Assembly: GCA_963677435.1 (NCBI GenBank)
Contig: OY781945.1
Location: 2,912,001-2,976,000, forward strand
Source of the DNA: an uncultured Aliarcobacter sp.
Lineage (GTDB): Bacteria; Campylobacterota; Campylobacteria; Campylobacterales; Arcobacteraceae
Direction: 5' to 3'
DNA length: 64,000 bases
Every line of letters starts with the position of its first letter. Within the stretch, counting starts at the first letter, position 1. Below are positions 53,613 through 63,090 of the stretch, piece by piece. Both the position numbers and the translations under genes were made by a program. The notes below the pieces were generated by a model that saw nothing but the letters and a program-made list of their open reading frames with translations, was not told the origin of the DNA and did no database searches.

Positions 53613-54356
53613 ATGGAAATATTATCAACAAATAGTAATGCTTATTCAACTGTTTCATCATCACAAACTTCAACAATACAAAGTGACAATAATTCATTTT
53701 CTGCACTTTTAAATACTCAAATACAAGAAACAATAGAAAAAAAAGAAACATTTAGAGTTGTAGCTTTTATTGATAAATATACAAGTTTTTCATCTCTATC
53801 ACCAACAGAAGAAAAAATATTTAGAGATATTTTAGCTGATGATTCTTTTACACTCGCAGAAATACAAAGTTTGAGTTTTGAACAAGTTAAAAAACTTGGA
53901 GATTTTTTGGATTCTGCACTTTATGGAAGTGGCATATCTGCTGATAAAATTCCTCTTGTGAAAAGTACAGATATTAAAATTGGTGCAATGTTTACAGCTA
54001 CAAGAATGACTGATAATGAAGATTTTAATAAAGCTGTATTTGAAACTGTTCAAACAATTGACGAACAAATAGAAATGCTGTATTTTTTTGATAGATTATC
54101 TGCTAATTTGGGTTGGAATGATAAAAGATGTTTAATTCCTCAAAGAGATAATCCAGAACTTAGGAAAAACTCTACAAAAGAGAATTGGGAAATATCTGAT
54201 TATAAAAAATTTATGGAAGCAATAGTAAAAGAGTATTATGAACTGGTTAAAAATCCTGTTATCTCAGTGGAAGATAGAAAGTTGTATCAAAAATTATTAA
54301 ATGATTTTATAATTCTTCAAAAAAAACATAATGAAATAAAGAGTAATTCTAAATAA
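53613..54356 (+). CDS. Hypothetical protein with Ser/Thr-rich N-terminus
   Basis: 247-aa ORF with GAGGA RBS. Confidence 0.8.
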   Translation: MEILSTNSNAYSTVSSSQTSTIQSDNNSFSALLNTQIQETIEKKETFRVVAFIDKYTSFSSLSPTEEKIFRDILADDSFTLAEIQSLSFEQVKKLGDFLDSALYGSGISADKIPLVKSTDIKIGAMFTATRMTDNEDFNKAVFETVQTIDEQIEMLYFFDRLSANLGWNDKRCLIPQRDNPELRKNSTKENWEISDYKKFMEAIVKEYYELVKNPVISVEDRKLYQKLLNDFIILQKKHNEIKSNSK

Positions 54357-54390
54357 GGAAGCGTTATAGCACAATAAGTTATAATTATTT

Positions 54391-54882
54391 ATGAAATACC
54401 TAAACCACTACCCAAAAGATTTACAAGATAAAATCAGAGTTTTGATAGAAAAAGAAAAACTATCATCATATATAAAAACAAAATATCCAAACGCTCACAG
54501 CTTTACAAATGATAAAACTTTATATTCTTATGTGATGGATTTTAAAAATGAATATTTTAAAAAACATCAAGTTTCAAAAGTTATGTATGATGGAAAAATA
54601 AATGTAATCAATAATGCTTTGGGAATGCACTCAATTGTTTCAAGGGTTCAAGGGGGAAAACTAAAATCAAAAAACGAAATAAGAGTTGCCTCAGTTTTTA
54701 AAAACATGCCAGAAGAGTTCTTACAAATGATTGTTATTCATGAACTTGCTCACTTCAAAGAGAAAGATCATGACAAAGCTTTTTACAATCTTTGCACCTT
54801 TATGATGCCCTCTTATCACCAAGTTGAGTTTGATTTAAGAGTTTATTTAACTCATATTGATTTACTTGGAAAACTCTACTAA
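54391..54882 (+). CDS. YgjP/DUF45-like zincin (M48-like) hydrolase
   Basis: HELAH zinc motif, HDKAFY, RVQGGKLK. Confidence 0.88.
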   Translation: MKYLNHYPKDLQDKIRVLIEKEKLSSYIKTKYPNAHSFTNDKTLYSYVMDFKNEYFKKHQVSKVMYDGKINVINNALGMHSIVSRVQGGKLKSKNEIRVASVFKNMPEEFLQMIVIHELAHFKEKDHDKAFYNLCTFMMPSYHQVEFDLRVYLTHIDLLGKLY

Positions 54883-54960
54883 TTTTAATTATTTTACAAT
54901 GCTTTTTTGTTGCGACTTTTTAATGCTAGAATTTTTTATAAAATTTTAAAGGAGTTATAC

Positions 54961-56073
54961 ATGAATAAGTTTTTATATATTACAGATCAAGATGAATACA
55001 CAGACCATAGTTTTATTGGACCTTTATTTCAAAAATATTTAACAAAACATTTTGATATAAATACAACATATTTTTCTAAAGTTAAAACTGAGATTGAAGT
55101 AGAAGATGATGGCAGAATAATAATTCCTGAAAACCTAAAAAGCAATATTTTAAAAGAGTTATCAAACAAAGGAATAGATTTATATGAATATCAATTTGTT
55201 GTTATTAGAAACAATACAGATTTATTAAAAGAGATATTAAAACAAAAAGAGAAATATAACTTCAAAATTGGATTTAGGTTATCTTTTCCTAAAAGAATTG
55301 CAAAACTACAAACTGATGAAGCTAATAATAAAAAATCACTTTTTGATATTATAAGTAATAAAATTCAAACTTATTCAGAGATTAACATTATAAACGAATG
55401 TGATATTTTTTTACCAACTTCTTTTCAAATGAAAAACGATTATTTCAAAGATGTTAAAATTAGAACTTTTGTAATTCCATCGGCAATTGATCCAGATATT
55501 TTACAAAATAATATTCAACATGAAGAAAGTGAAAAAAGATTCTTCTATGCAGGAACTCTTGATAAATTAAGAGAGTTTGAGACTATTTTAGAAGCATTTA
55601 GCAATATTAGTAGCTCAAATTATAAACTAATGATTTCAACAAAAGACCCTGAATATTTAGATGATTTATTAAATGAGTTTTCAAATCTAAGAGATAATAT
55701 TGAGATTCATGATGCAAAAACAAGAAATGAATTATTAGAACTTATTGCACTTGCTGATGTTGGATTATCACCACTTCCAAATATCGCACTATTTAATAGT
55801 TCAACTCCTATGAAAGTTTTAGATTATTATTCAAGTGCTGTTCCTTGTATTATGAGTAATAATGAAAATAATGCTTCAATTTTTGAAGACAATGTTAGTG
55901 CTTGGTTTACAAACTTTGATGAACAATCAATAAAAGAAAAACTTGAATATATTATTTCACTATCAAAAGATGAAGTGGCACAAGTTGGAATCAATGGTCA
56001 AAAAAGACTTCTTGATGTAAGAAACTATAAAAGAATCGCTGACGATTTAGCGCACCAATTAAATATTTTATAA
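54961..56073 (+). CDS. GT-B fold glycosyltransferase (family 4-like)
   Basis: FYAGTL, ADVGLSP, STPMKVLDY; ATG at 54961 after AAGGAG. Confidence 0.8.
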   Translation: MNKFLYITDQDEYTDHSFIGPLFQKYLTKHFDINTTYFSKVKTEIEVEDDGRIIIPENLKSNILKELSNKGIDLYEYQFVVIRNNTDLLKEILKQKEKYNFKIGFRLSFPKRIAKLQTDEANNKKSLFDIISNKIQTYSEINIINECDIFLPTSFQMKNDYFKDVKIRTFVIPSAIDPDILQNNIQHEESEKRFFYAGTLDKLREFETILEAFSNISSSNYKLMISTKDPEYLDDLLNEFSNLRDNIEIHDAKTRNELLELIALADVGLSPLPNIALFNSSTPMKVLDYYSSAVPCIMSNNENNASIFEDNVSAWFTNFDEQSIKEKLEYIISLSKDEVAQVGINGQKRLLDVRNYKRIADDLAHQLNIL

Positions 56074-56173
56074 GAAGAAATCTTCTTATAAAATATAACT
56101 CACTTGATATAAATCAATCATTAATTTTAAATTTTTTGATACTATAACTTTTATTTTAATTAAAAGTTTGTAA

Positions 56174-56737
56174 ATGAAAAAGTTTTTTAAACAATTCAAA
56201 AAAGTAAATTCAGAACCTTTAGAAAAATCAAATATCATTTGGTCTTGGATTGCTTCATTTATAGGAATATTAGCCATTTCATATTTTCATCGAAATATTT
56301 TGAATGACAAAGATTTAACTTTGGTAATTGGCTCTTTTGGAGCTAGTGCTGTTTTAGTTTATGGAGCTGTAAATTCTCCCCTTGCACAACCTAGAAATTT
56401 AATTGGTGGACATATTTTATCTGCATTAGTTGGAGTGATTTCATATAAATTATTTTCTGGAAATATTCTATTATGTTCAGCATTTGCTGTTTCAACTTCT
56501 ATTTTAATTATGCAATTAACTCTTACCTTACATCCACCAGGTGGTGCAACAGCCTTAATTGCAGTTATTGGAAGTAATCAAATCCATGACTTAGGATTTT
56601 TATATGTTTTAGTTCCTGTAACTTCTGGAGCTTTTATTTTATTGATACTTGCAGTTATAATAAACAATATTCCAAAACACAGATATTATCCTGAATCTTT
56701 AAAAGATTACAATAAAAAATGGTTTAGTGATGAATAA
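56174..56737 (+). CDS. HPP family membrane protein
   Basis: GSFGASAVL, SPLAQPRN, HPPGGA. Confidence 0.93.
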   Translation: MKKFFKQFKKVNSEPLEKSNIIWSWIASFIGILAISYFHRNILNDKDLTLVIGSFGASAVLVYGAVNSPLAQPRNLIGGHILSALVGVISYKLFSGNILLCSAFAVSTSILIMQLTLTLHPPGGATALIAVIGSNQIHDLGFLYVLVPVTSGAFILLILAVIINNIPKHRYYPESLKDYNKKWFSDE

Positions 56738-56795
56738 ATCCTCAAGGGAATAGAACATGTATTAAGAGTAATATATCTGTGAAAAAGGATTTATT

Positions 56796-56888
56796 ATGTT
56801 AAATTATTTAAGAAAAGCTTTATCAGGAATTTTTGTTTCAAAATCAAAAAGTGTGTATATGTACAACAAAGAGTATTTTACTAATTAA
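56796..56888 (+). CDS. Unannotated 30-aa small protein candidate (MLNYLRKALSGIFVSKSKSVYMYNKEYFTN)
   Basis: AAGGA RBS 6 nt before the ATG, in an otherwise empty intergenic region. Confidence 0.45.
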   Translation: MLNYLRKALSGIFVSKSKSVYMYNKEYFTN

Positions 56889-56947
56889 TTATAAAAAGTC
56901 TCTTTTTATTTTACAAGAAGGATTTTTACTCCCTCTTATTTCTTGCT

Positions 56948-59128
56948 CTATATTTTTTTAAGTTTTAATCTCAAAGAGTTTAAAACTACTGTTACTGAAG
57001 AAAAACTCATAGCAATTCCTGCGTACATTGGGCTTAACATCACTCCAAAAATAGGGAAAAACACACCAGCTGCTAATGGAATTCCAGCAGCGTTGTAAAT
57101 AAATGCCCAAAATAGATTTTGTTTAATAATCTTCATTGATTCAATTGATAAATTTATACTTTTTAATACTGCATTTAAATCATTGTTTATTAAAATAATA
57201 TCACCAGCATCTTTTGTTATATCAGAACCTGAATTTAGTGTGATTCCAATATCTGCTTGTTTAATAGAGGGAGAGTCATTTATTCCATCACCCACAAACA
57301 TAACTTTTGCTTCTTTTTGGAGTTCTATTATAACTTTGTATTTTTCATCGGGAAGAACTTGGGCATATACTTTTTCTATTCCTAATTTTTGTGCCACACT
57401 ATTTGCTGTAGTTTCATTGTCTCCTGTTAATAAAATTGGAGTTATATTTTTTGCTTTTAGATTTGTTATTAACTCTTTTGCACCATCTTTTATAGTATCT
57501 GCTAAAGCAAAAACTGCCACACATTTTTTATCAAAAGAAGCCAGAATAACTCCCGAACCTTCATTTAATGATTTAGTATAAAACTCTAAATATTTATCTT
57601 CTAAAACAACATCATTTTTTTCAAGGAAACTAAGACTTCCAATTAATAGTTTTTTATCTTCAAAACTTGCACTTATTCCCTGCCCTGCCATGATTTGAGT
57701 ATCTGAGAAGTTCTTGTCACAAGCTAGATTTTTTGCCTTAGCAAAATTTACTACAGCTTTTGAAATTGGATGTTCACTTTGTGTTTCAAGCGAAGCTAAA
57801 ATATCTAAAAGTGACTCTTCATAAAGAGCATCTTTTACACTAATAATTCCAGTAGTTAAAGTTCCCGTTTTATCAAATACTGCATATTTTATATCTTTTA
57901 TTAGTTCTAATATTTCTGGATTTTTTATTAAAATTCCCTCATGTGCACCTTTTCCAACAGCACTTACAATTGCAATTGGTGTTGCAAGTCCTAAAGCACA
58001 AGGACAAGAGATAATCAACACAGAAATAGAAGCTAATATGGCGTCCATTGTGTCACCCACAATAAAAAACCAAACTAAAAAAGTAACTATTGAAATAAGT
58101 ATAACTGTTGGTACAAAAATATTTGCAACTTTATCTGCAAATCTGCTAATTGGTAATTTTTTACTTTGAGCTGTACTTAAAAGCTCAACTATTTTAGAAA
58201 GTGTTGTATCTTTTGATTCTTTTAAAACTTCAACTTCAATAACACCAGAAGTGTTTAAAGTTCCTGCAATTACCTCATCGCCTATTGTTTTATAAACAGG
58301 CATTGATTCACCTGTAATCATAGAAGTATCAATATCTGCACTACCTTTTTTTATAAGTGCATCTGTTGATATTTTTTCTCCTGATTTTATTAAAACTCTG
58401 TCTCCTACTTTTAATTGTGTTGCTAAAATAGTTTTGTAACTTCCATCTTCACAAATTAAAGTCGCATTTAAAGGGGCTAAATCCATAAGTTTTTTTAAAA
58501 AATCAGTTGCTTTTGCTTTTGAACGCTCTTCAAGTAATCGCCCTAAAAGTATAAAAGTAATAATTACAACCGCTCCATCAAAATAGATAAATCTTAAATG
58601 TTCAGGAAATAAAGAAGGAAATAAAACTACAAATACAGAATAAAAATAAGCAGCACTTGTTCCCAAAGCTACTAAAACATTCATATCATAATTATTATTT
58701 CGTAAAGCCTTAAAGGCCAAAATATAAAATCTTGAACCAGCATAAAACTGAACAACTGTAGCTAGGGCAAACATTACATATTGATTTACTTGCATATTTT
58801 CAAGAGGAAAGAACATAAAATAGAACATAATAACAGCAATAGTTGCACTAAGTATAAAAACTCTTTTTAACTCGTTATATGCTTTTAATTTACTTTTTTC
58901 TAAAGCTTCTAAATTTTCTTCAACTCCATAACCTAACTTTTTTATTTTATTGATTAGACTTTGTTTATCTAAGAATTCTGTATTTATATAAAATTCACCC
59001 TCATTTGAAGCGAAACTCACTTTTGAAGATTCTAAACCTTTTAATTTACCAACAACCTTCTCTATTCCATTTGAACAATTTACACAAGTCATTCCTGAAA
59101 TATTTAGATTGATTTTTTCTTTAGACAT
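56948..59128 (-). CDS. copA: Heavy-metal P1B-type ATPase with Cu(I)-type signature
   Basis: GMTCVNC HMA domain, TGES, CPCALGLATP, DKTGT, SEHP, GDGIND, YN and MSFSS in the last TM helices. Confidence 0.9.
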   Translation of the reverse strand: MSKEKINLNISGMTCVNCSNGIEKVVGKLKGLESSKVSFASNEGEFYINTEFLDKQSLINKIKKLGYGVEENLEALEKSKLKAYNELKRVFILSATIAVIMFYFMFFPLENMQVNQYVMFALATVVQFYAGSRFYILAFKALRNNNYDMNVLVALGTSAAYFYSVFVVLFPSLFPEHLRFIYFDGAVVIITFILLGRLLEERSKAKATDFLKKLMDLAPLNATLICEDGSYKTILATQLKVGDRVLIKSGEKISTDALIKKGSADIDTSMITGESMPVYKTIGDEVIAGTLNTSGVIEVEVLKESKDTTLSKIVELLSTAQSKKLPISRFADKVANIFVPTVILISIVTFLVWFFIVGDTMDAILASISVLIISCPCALGLATPIAIVSAVGKGAHEGILIKNPEILELIKDIKYAVFDKTGTLTTGIISVKDALYEESLLDILASLETQSEHPISKAVVNFAKAKNLACDKNFSDTQIMAGQGISASFEDKKLLIGSLSFLEKNDVVLEDKYLEFYTKSLNEGSGVILASFDKKCVAVFALADTIKDGAKELITNLKAKNITPILLTGDNETTANSVAQKLGIEKVYAQVLPDEKYKVIIELQKEAKVMFVGDGINDSPSIKQADIGITLNSGSDITKDAGDIILINNDLNAVLKSINLSIESMKIIKQNLFWAFIYNAAGIPLAAGVFFPIFGVMLSPMYAGIAMSFSSVTVVLNSLRLKLKKI

Positions 59129-59130
59129 TT

Positions 59131-59487
59131 TTATTCCTTTAAGCCCTTTTGCGCAAGTATCAATAATGTTTTTATATACTCGTTTTTTATGTAATAAAAA
59201 GACATTTTTTTATCTTTTGTAAACTCAACAATTCCATATTTTCTTAAAATTTTAAGTTGATGAGAAACGTGAGATTGAGGGATTTGCAATAAATTCACCA
59301 TCTCTCCCACACAAATTTCATACTCTAAAAGAGCAAATAAAATTTTTACTCGAATGGGATCGTTTAGTGCTTTAAAAATATTGCTTAATTGGGCAAGTTC
59401 ACCCTCATTGGGTAATTTTTTTTCTATATCACAAATATAACTTACATCTTCACAACAAGAACGAATAAGTTGTTTTGAATTACTCAT
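59131..59487 (-). CDS. ArsR/SmtB family metal-responsive repressor
   Basis: FKALNDPIRVKI, EICVGE, QSHVSHQLKILR; N-terminal CC...C. Confidence 0.92.
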   Translation of the reverse strand: MSNSKQLIRSCCEDVSYICDIEKKLPNEGELAQLSNIFKALNDPIRVKILFALLEYEICVGEMVNLLQIPQSHVSHQLKILRKYGIVEFTKDKKMSFYYIKNEYIKTLLILAQKGLKE

Positions 59488-59488
59488 A

Positions 59489-59695
59489 TTACTCTTCTAT
59501 AATTTCAAATCCGATTGAACTCATTTCTGCTTTAAAAGTAGCTTCTTGTTCTTCATTTTCTATATTAACAGTAACTTCTTTGGGGCTTGATTCTAAGTTA
59601 ACTTCAATTGCTCCAAAATCATCTTCTAAAGAACCTTTTATCAAGTTTGCACATTTCATGCAAGAGATATTTTTTGCTTTAAATGTTTTTTTCAT
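59489..59695 (-). CDS. Heavy-metal-associated chaperone (CopZ-like)
   Basis: 68 aa, NISCMKC HMA motif. Confidence 0.85.
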   Translation of the reverse strand: MKKTFKAKNISCMKCANLIKGSLEDDFGAIEVNLESSPKEVTVNIENEEQEATFKAEMSSIGFEIIEE

Positions 59696-59722
59696 AATTA
59701 CTCCATTTTATATGTTAATTTT

Positions 59723-59762
59723 ATCATATGAAGATATTATCATATGATATATTTATTGTCAA
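59723..59762 (-). promoter_or_regulatory. copZ-arsR-copA promoter with overlapping 12-2-12 ArsR/SmtB operator
   Basis: Minus-strand TTGACA (59762-59757), 17-nt spacer, TAATAT (59739-59734); operator ATCATATGAAGA-TA-TTATCATATGAT (59723-59748). Confidence 0.8.
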
Positions 59763-59769
59763 GTCTAAT

Positions 59770-61875
59770 TTATGAATTATTTGATAAATATTCATATAAA
59801 TACAAATATTGTCTTAACTCTTTTAGGCTTTCAAGTTTAGTTCCCTCTTCTATCCAAGCTTTTATATTTAAAGGAATTTCAAGGGGTTTTAATAACTCTT
59901 CTTTTTTCTCTTTTGAGATTTTTTCATGTTCAGCTAAAACTGAAATATGCCCTAGAACTGAGGTTAATCCTAAATCTCTAAATTGTGCAATCTCTTCTAC
60001 ACTTTTTCCCTCATTTAAAAGCTCGTAAGTTTCAAGATATGTTTTTGTGAGTTTCTTCAAGGGTTCTTTTTGTTCAAGTTTTTCAGAAAACTCTTCTTTT
60101 ATCTCTTTTGATAAATTTAAAAAAGTCTCTCCATATTTTTCATATTTTACAAGACCAACGCCATTTATATTTAGCATATCATCTTTTGTAATTGGCAACT
60201 TCAAAGCAAACTCTTTTAAAGTTTTATCACCAAATATCACATAAGCTGGAACTTCATGTTCTAATGCAATCTCTCTTCGTAAGGTTCTGAATCTTTCATA
60301 AATTAGCTCATCAAAACTTAACTCAGTCTCTTCTTCTTGGATTTTTGAAGCAATTCCTAATTTGTCACTATCAATAAAAAGTTTCTCTTTTCCTTTTAAA
60401 ATCTCTAAACCTAAAGAACTTATTTTCAAAGCTCGAAATTCCCCTAAAGTAAGTGCTTGAATATCTATTAATTTATCTGCAATTGCTATCCACTCATTTT
60501 TACTTTTATCAGCACCCAAATTATAAACACTCAGTTTATCATGTCCAAAATCTAATAACTTTTGATTTTTTGAACCTCTTAAAATATCTATAATGTGATT
60601 TAATCCAAATCTTTGTTCACTTCTATAAATAGCACTTAAAAGTTTTTGAGCATCCACACTCATATCAACCTGCTCCACTTCACCTTTTGTGCAGTTATCA
60701 CATAGAGTTTTACAAGTTTCAATCTCATCTTCAAAATAACCTGCAATCATTTTATGACGGCAATTATTGCTCACACAATATCTATACATAAACTCTAACT
60801 TATCAAGTCCAGTTTGTTTGTAAGCATTGTCGATGGCTTCTTCTATTTGTATTTTTCTTTTTACCTCATCACTTTTTGAATAAAGCATATAAACATAAGA
60901 CATTGCTCCATCACGACCAGCTCTCCCTATTTCTTGATAATAGTTTTCAAGGGTTTTTGGCAATGAAGTGTGTATTACAAAACGAATATTTGATTTATCA
61001 ATTCCCATACCAAAAGCGATGGTTGCTACAACAATATCAATTTTTTCATATACAAAATCATTAAAAACTTCATTTTTTCTATCATTACTAAGTCCCGCAT
61101 GATAGGCTTTTGCACTATATCCACTTTCACTCAAAAACTCAGCCGTTGATTCTGCTTCTTTTCGTGTAAAAGTGTAGATAATTCCACATAAACCTTTGTG
61201 AGTTTTTAGGAAGTTTAATATTTGAGTTTTCCCATTTGCAATTCGTGGTTCTACTTTTATATCAAGATTATCTCTTACAGTTTTTGCTCTGAAATGTCTA
61301 GGATTTTGCAAGTTCAAAGAAGAAGCAATATCAGCTTCAACTTTTTTTGTAGCAGTTGCTGTAAATGCACAAATAGCTGTATTTGGAAAAAATCTTTTTA
61401 ATCTATCAAGATTTCTATACTCAGCCCTAAACTCATGACCCCAAGCAGATACACAGTGTGCTTCATCTATTACAAAATAGTTTATATTTATTCGCTGTAA
61501 AACTGAAACAAACTCATTTGAAGTAAATCTCTCAGGTGCCACATAAATAAACTTTAGTTCACCATTTAAAAGCTTTTGAAGAGTGAAACTATTTTCATCA
61601 TTTGAAGTTGCTGAACTTATCATTTCAGCACTAATATTCAAATCATTCAGTGCTTTTATTTGGTCTTGCATAAGTGCAATAAGAGGAGAAATTACAACCG
61701 TAGTTCCATTCATAAGAAGTGTAGGAAGTTGATAACAAAGTGATTTTCCACCACCTGTTGGCAAAATCGTCAAAACATCTTGTTTGTTAAGAATGCAATC
61801 AACAACCTCTTCTTGGAAACTTCTAAAATGCTCGTGTCCGAAAATATCTTTTAGTATTTGGTATTTTTTATTCAT
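59770..61875 (-). CDS. recQ: DNA helicase RecQ
   Basis: PTGGGKSLCYQLP, DEAHCVSAWGHEFR, QEIGRAGRDG, RQC and HRDC domains; start taken at MNKKY. Confidence 0.97.
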   Translation of the reverse strand: MNKKYQILKDIFGHEHFRSFQEEVVDCILNKQDVLTILPTGGGKSLCYQLPTLLMNGTTVVISPLIALMQDQIKALNDLNISAEMISSATSNDENSFTLQKLLNGELKFIYVAPERFTSNEFVSVLQRININYFVIDEAHCVSAWGHEFRAEYRNLDRLKRFFPNTAICAFTATATKKVEADIASSLNLQNPRHFRAKTVRDNLDIKVEPRIANGKTQILNFLKTHKGLCGIIYTFTRKEAESTAEFLSESGYSAKAYHAGLSNDRKNEVFNDFVYEKIDIVVATIAFGMGIDKSNIRFVIHTSLPKTLENYYQEIGRAGRDGAMSYVYMLYSKSDEVKRKIQIEEAIDNAYKQTGLDKLEFMYRYCVSNNCRHKMIAGYFEDEIETCKTLCDNCTKGEVEQVDMSVDAQKLLSAIYRSEQRFGLNHIIDILRGSKNQKLLDFGHDKLSVYNLGADKSKNEWIAIADKLIDIQALTLGEFRALKISSLGLEILKGKEKLFIDSDKLGIASKIQEEETELSFDELIYERFRTLRREIALEHEVPAYVIFGDKTLKEFALKLPITKDDMLNINGVGLVKYEKYGETFLNLSKEIKEEFSEKLEQKEPLKKLTKTYLETYELLNEGKSVEEIAQFRDLGLTSVLGHISVLAEHEKISKEKKEELLKPLEIPLNIKAWIEEGTKLESLKELRQYLYLYEYLSNNS

Positions 61876-62000
61876 GGTGTGATGGTAACATAGTTTGAAT
61901 AAGGATGTAAATGTTTTATATAAATAATTATTCAAATTCTTTACTAAAGTATTTACTGAAAGTAAACTTGATATAATTTGTTAAAAATAAAAGAGATGAT

Positions 62001-62984
62001 ATGACAATAAAAGAAGCTATATTAAAAAGTCTTGAGGATTTACAAAGACTTTTAACTCATAATGAAATACATGAACATATTATTAATCAAAATTACTATA
62101 ATTTTGGAGATGCAAAAACACCTGCATCAACAATTTCTGCATTGTTAGGCGATTTTATTAGAAAAAATGACCAAAGAGTTAAAAGAATAAAAGGCGATAA
62201 ATCTACATATTTATATTACTTAGCAAAATTTGAACAAGATTTAGATATTAATGAAGTTGCTTCTAATATTAGTGAGAAAGCTGAGCCAAAAAAACTTAAA
62301 AAAAATCAAACTTACGTAGAGAGAGATTTACATAAATTACTTAGCAGTTATCTAAAAAATAAAAAGATTTATACTAAAACTATTTTACATGAAGAATCAA
62401 AAAATTCTAAAGATGACCATCAAAAATGGATTCACCCTGATATGATTGGTATAGAATTTTTAAGTTTAACTTCAAGAGTCAATAAAGCATTTATGAAAAT
62501 ACTTAATAAATCAGATACTTTTAAACTGACTTCTTATGAAATAAAAAAAGAAATTAATACAGATTATGAACTTAAAAAGTATTATTTCCAAGCTGTATCA
62601 AATTCAAGTTGGGCAAATTATGGGTACTTAGTTGCATTTGAAATAAATGATAATTTAAAAGATGAAATGCAAAGGCTTAATGAATCTTTTGGAATAGGTA
62701 TCATTGAGCTTAAATCAAACCCTTATGAAAGTAAAATACTATTTCAATCAAAATTTAAAGAATTAGACTTTAAAACTATAGATAAACTATGTAAGGTAAA
62801 TGAAAAATATGAAAATTTTATAGAGTTAATTGAGCGAATGCTAACTATAGATGAAAGAAACTATCAGTCTGTAGAATATGAGTTAAATAGCTTTTGTGAT
62901 GAATATTTTGAAAATGATTCAGAAATTAAAGAGTATTGTCAAAAACATAATATAGTATTTGAAGAAGATGAAAAAATTGAATAA
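62001..62984 (+). CDS. HrgA/COG2958-like protein: N-terminal winged HTH plus PD-(D/E)xK nuclease-like domain
   Basis: KTPASTISA HTH segment; ERDLH, WIHPDMIG, SYEIKK, YFQAVSNSSWANYGYLV. Confidence 0.75.
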   Translation: MTIKEAILKSLEDLQRLLTHNEIHEHIINQNYYNFGDAKTPASTISALLGDFIRKNDQRVKRIKGDKSTYLYYLAKFEQDLDINEVASNISEKAEPKKLKKNQTYVERDLHKLLSSYLKNKKIYTKTILHEESKNSKDDHQKWIHPDMIGIEFLSLTSRVNKAFMKILNKSDTFKLTSYEIKKEINTDYELKKYYFQAVSNSSWANYGYLVAFEINDNLKDEMQRLNESFGIGIIELKSNPYESKILFQSKFKELDFKTIDKLCKVNEKYENFIELIERMLTIDERNYQSVEYELNSFCDEYFENDSEIKEYCQKHNIVFEEDEKIE

Positions 62985-63090
62985 TCTAAAATAAGTTATT
63001 TTAACTATTTATTCTCTGATAAATACGTAAATTTCTTGCCTCTTCTAAACTCTATTTAAAAAAAGATACTTTGAACACTATGGATTTATT

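Noticed and set aside
2389..61064. Many 60-130 aa ORFs in the six-frame track that overlap longer genes (e.g. 12460-12744, 18307-18621, 39056-39391, 48006-48326, 57183-57581, 59475-59747)
   Set aside because: They are antisense or off-frame shadows of well-supported genes, with no RBS or recognisable motifs
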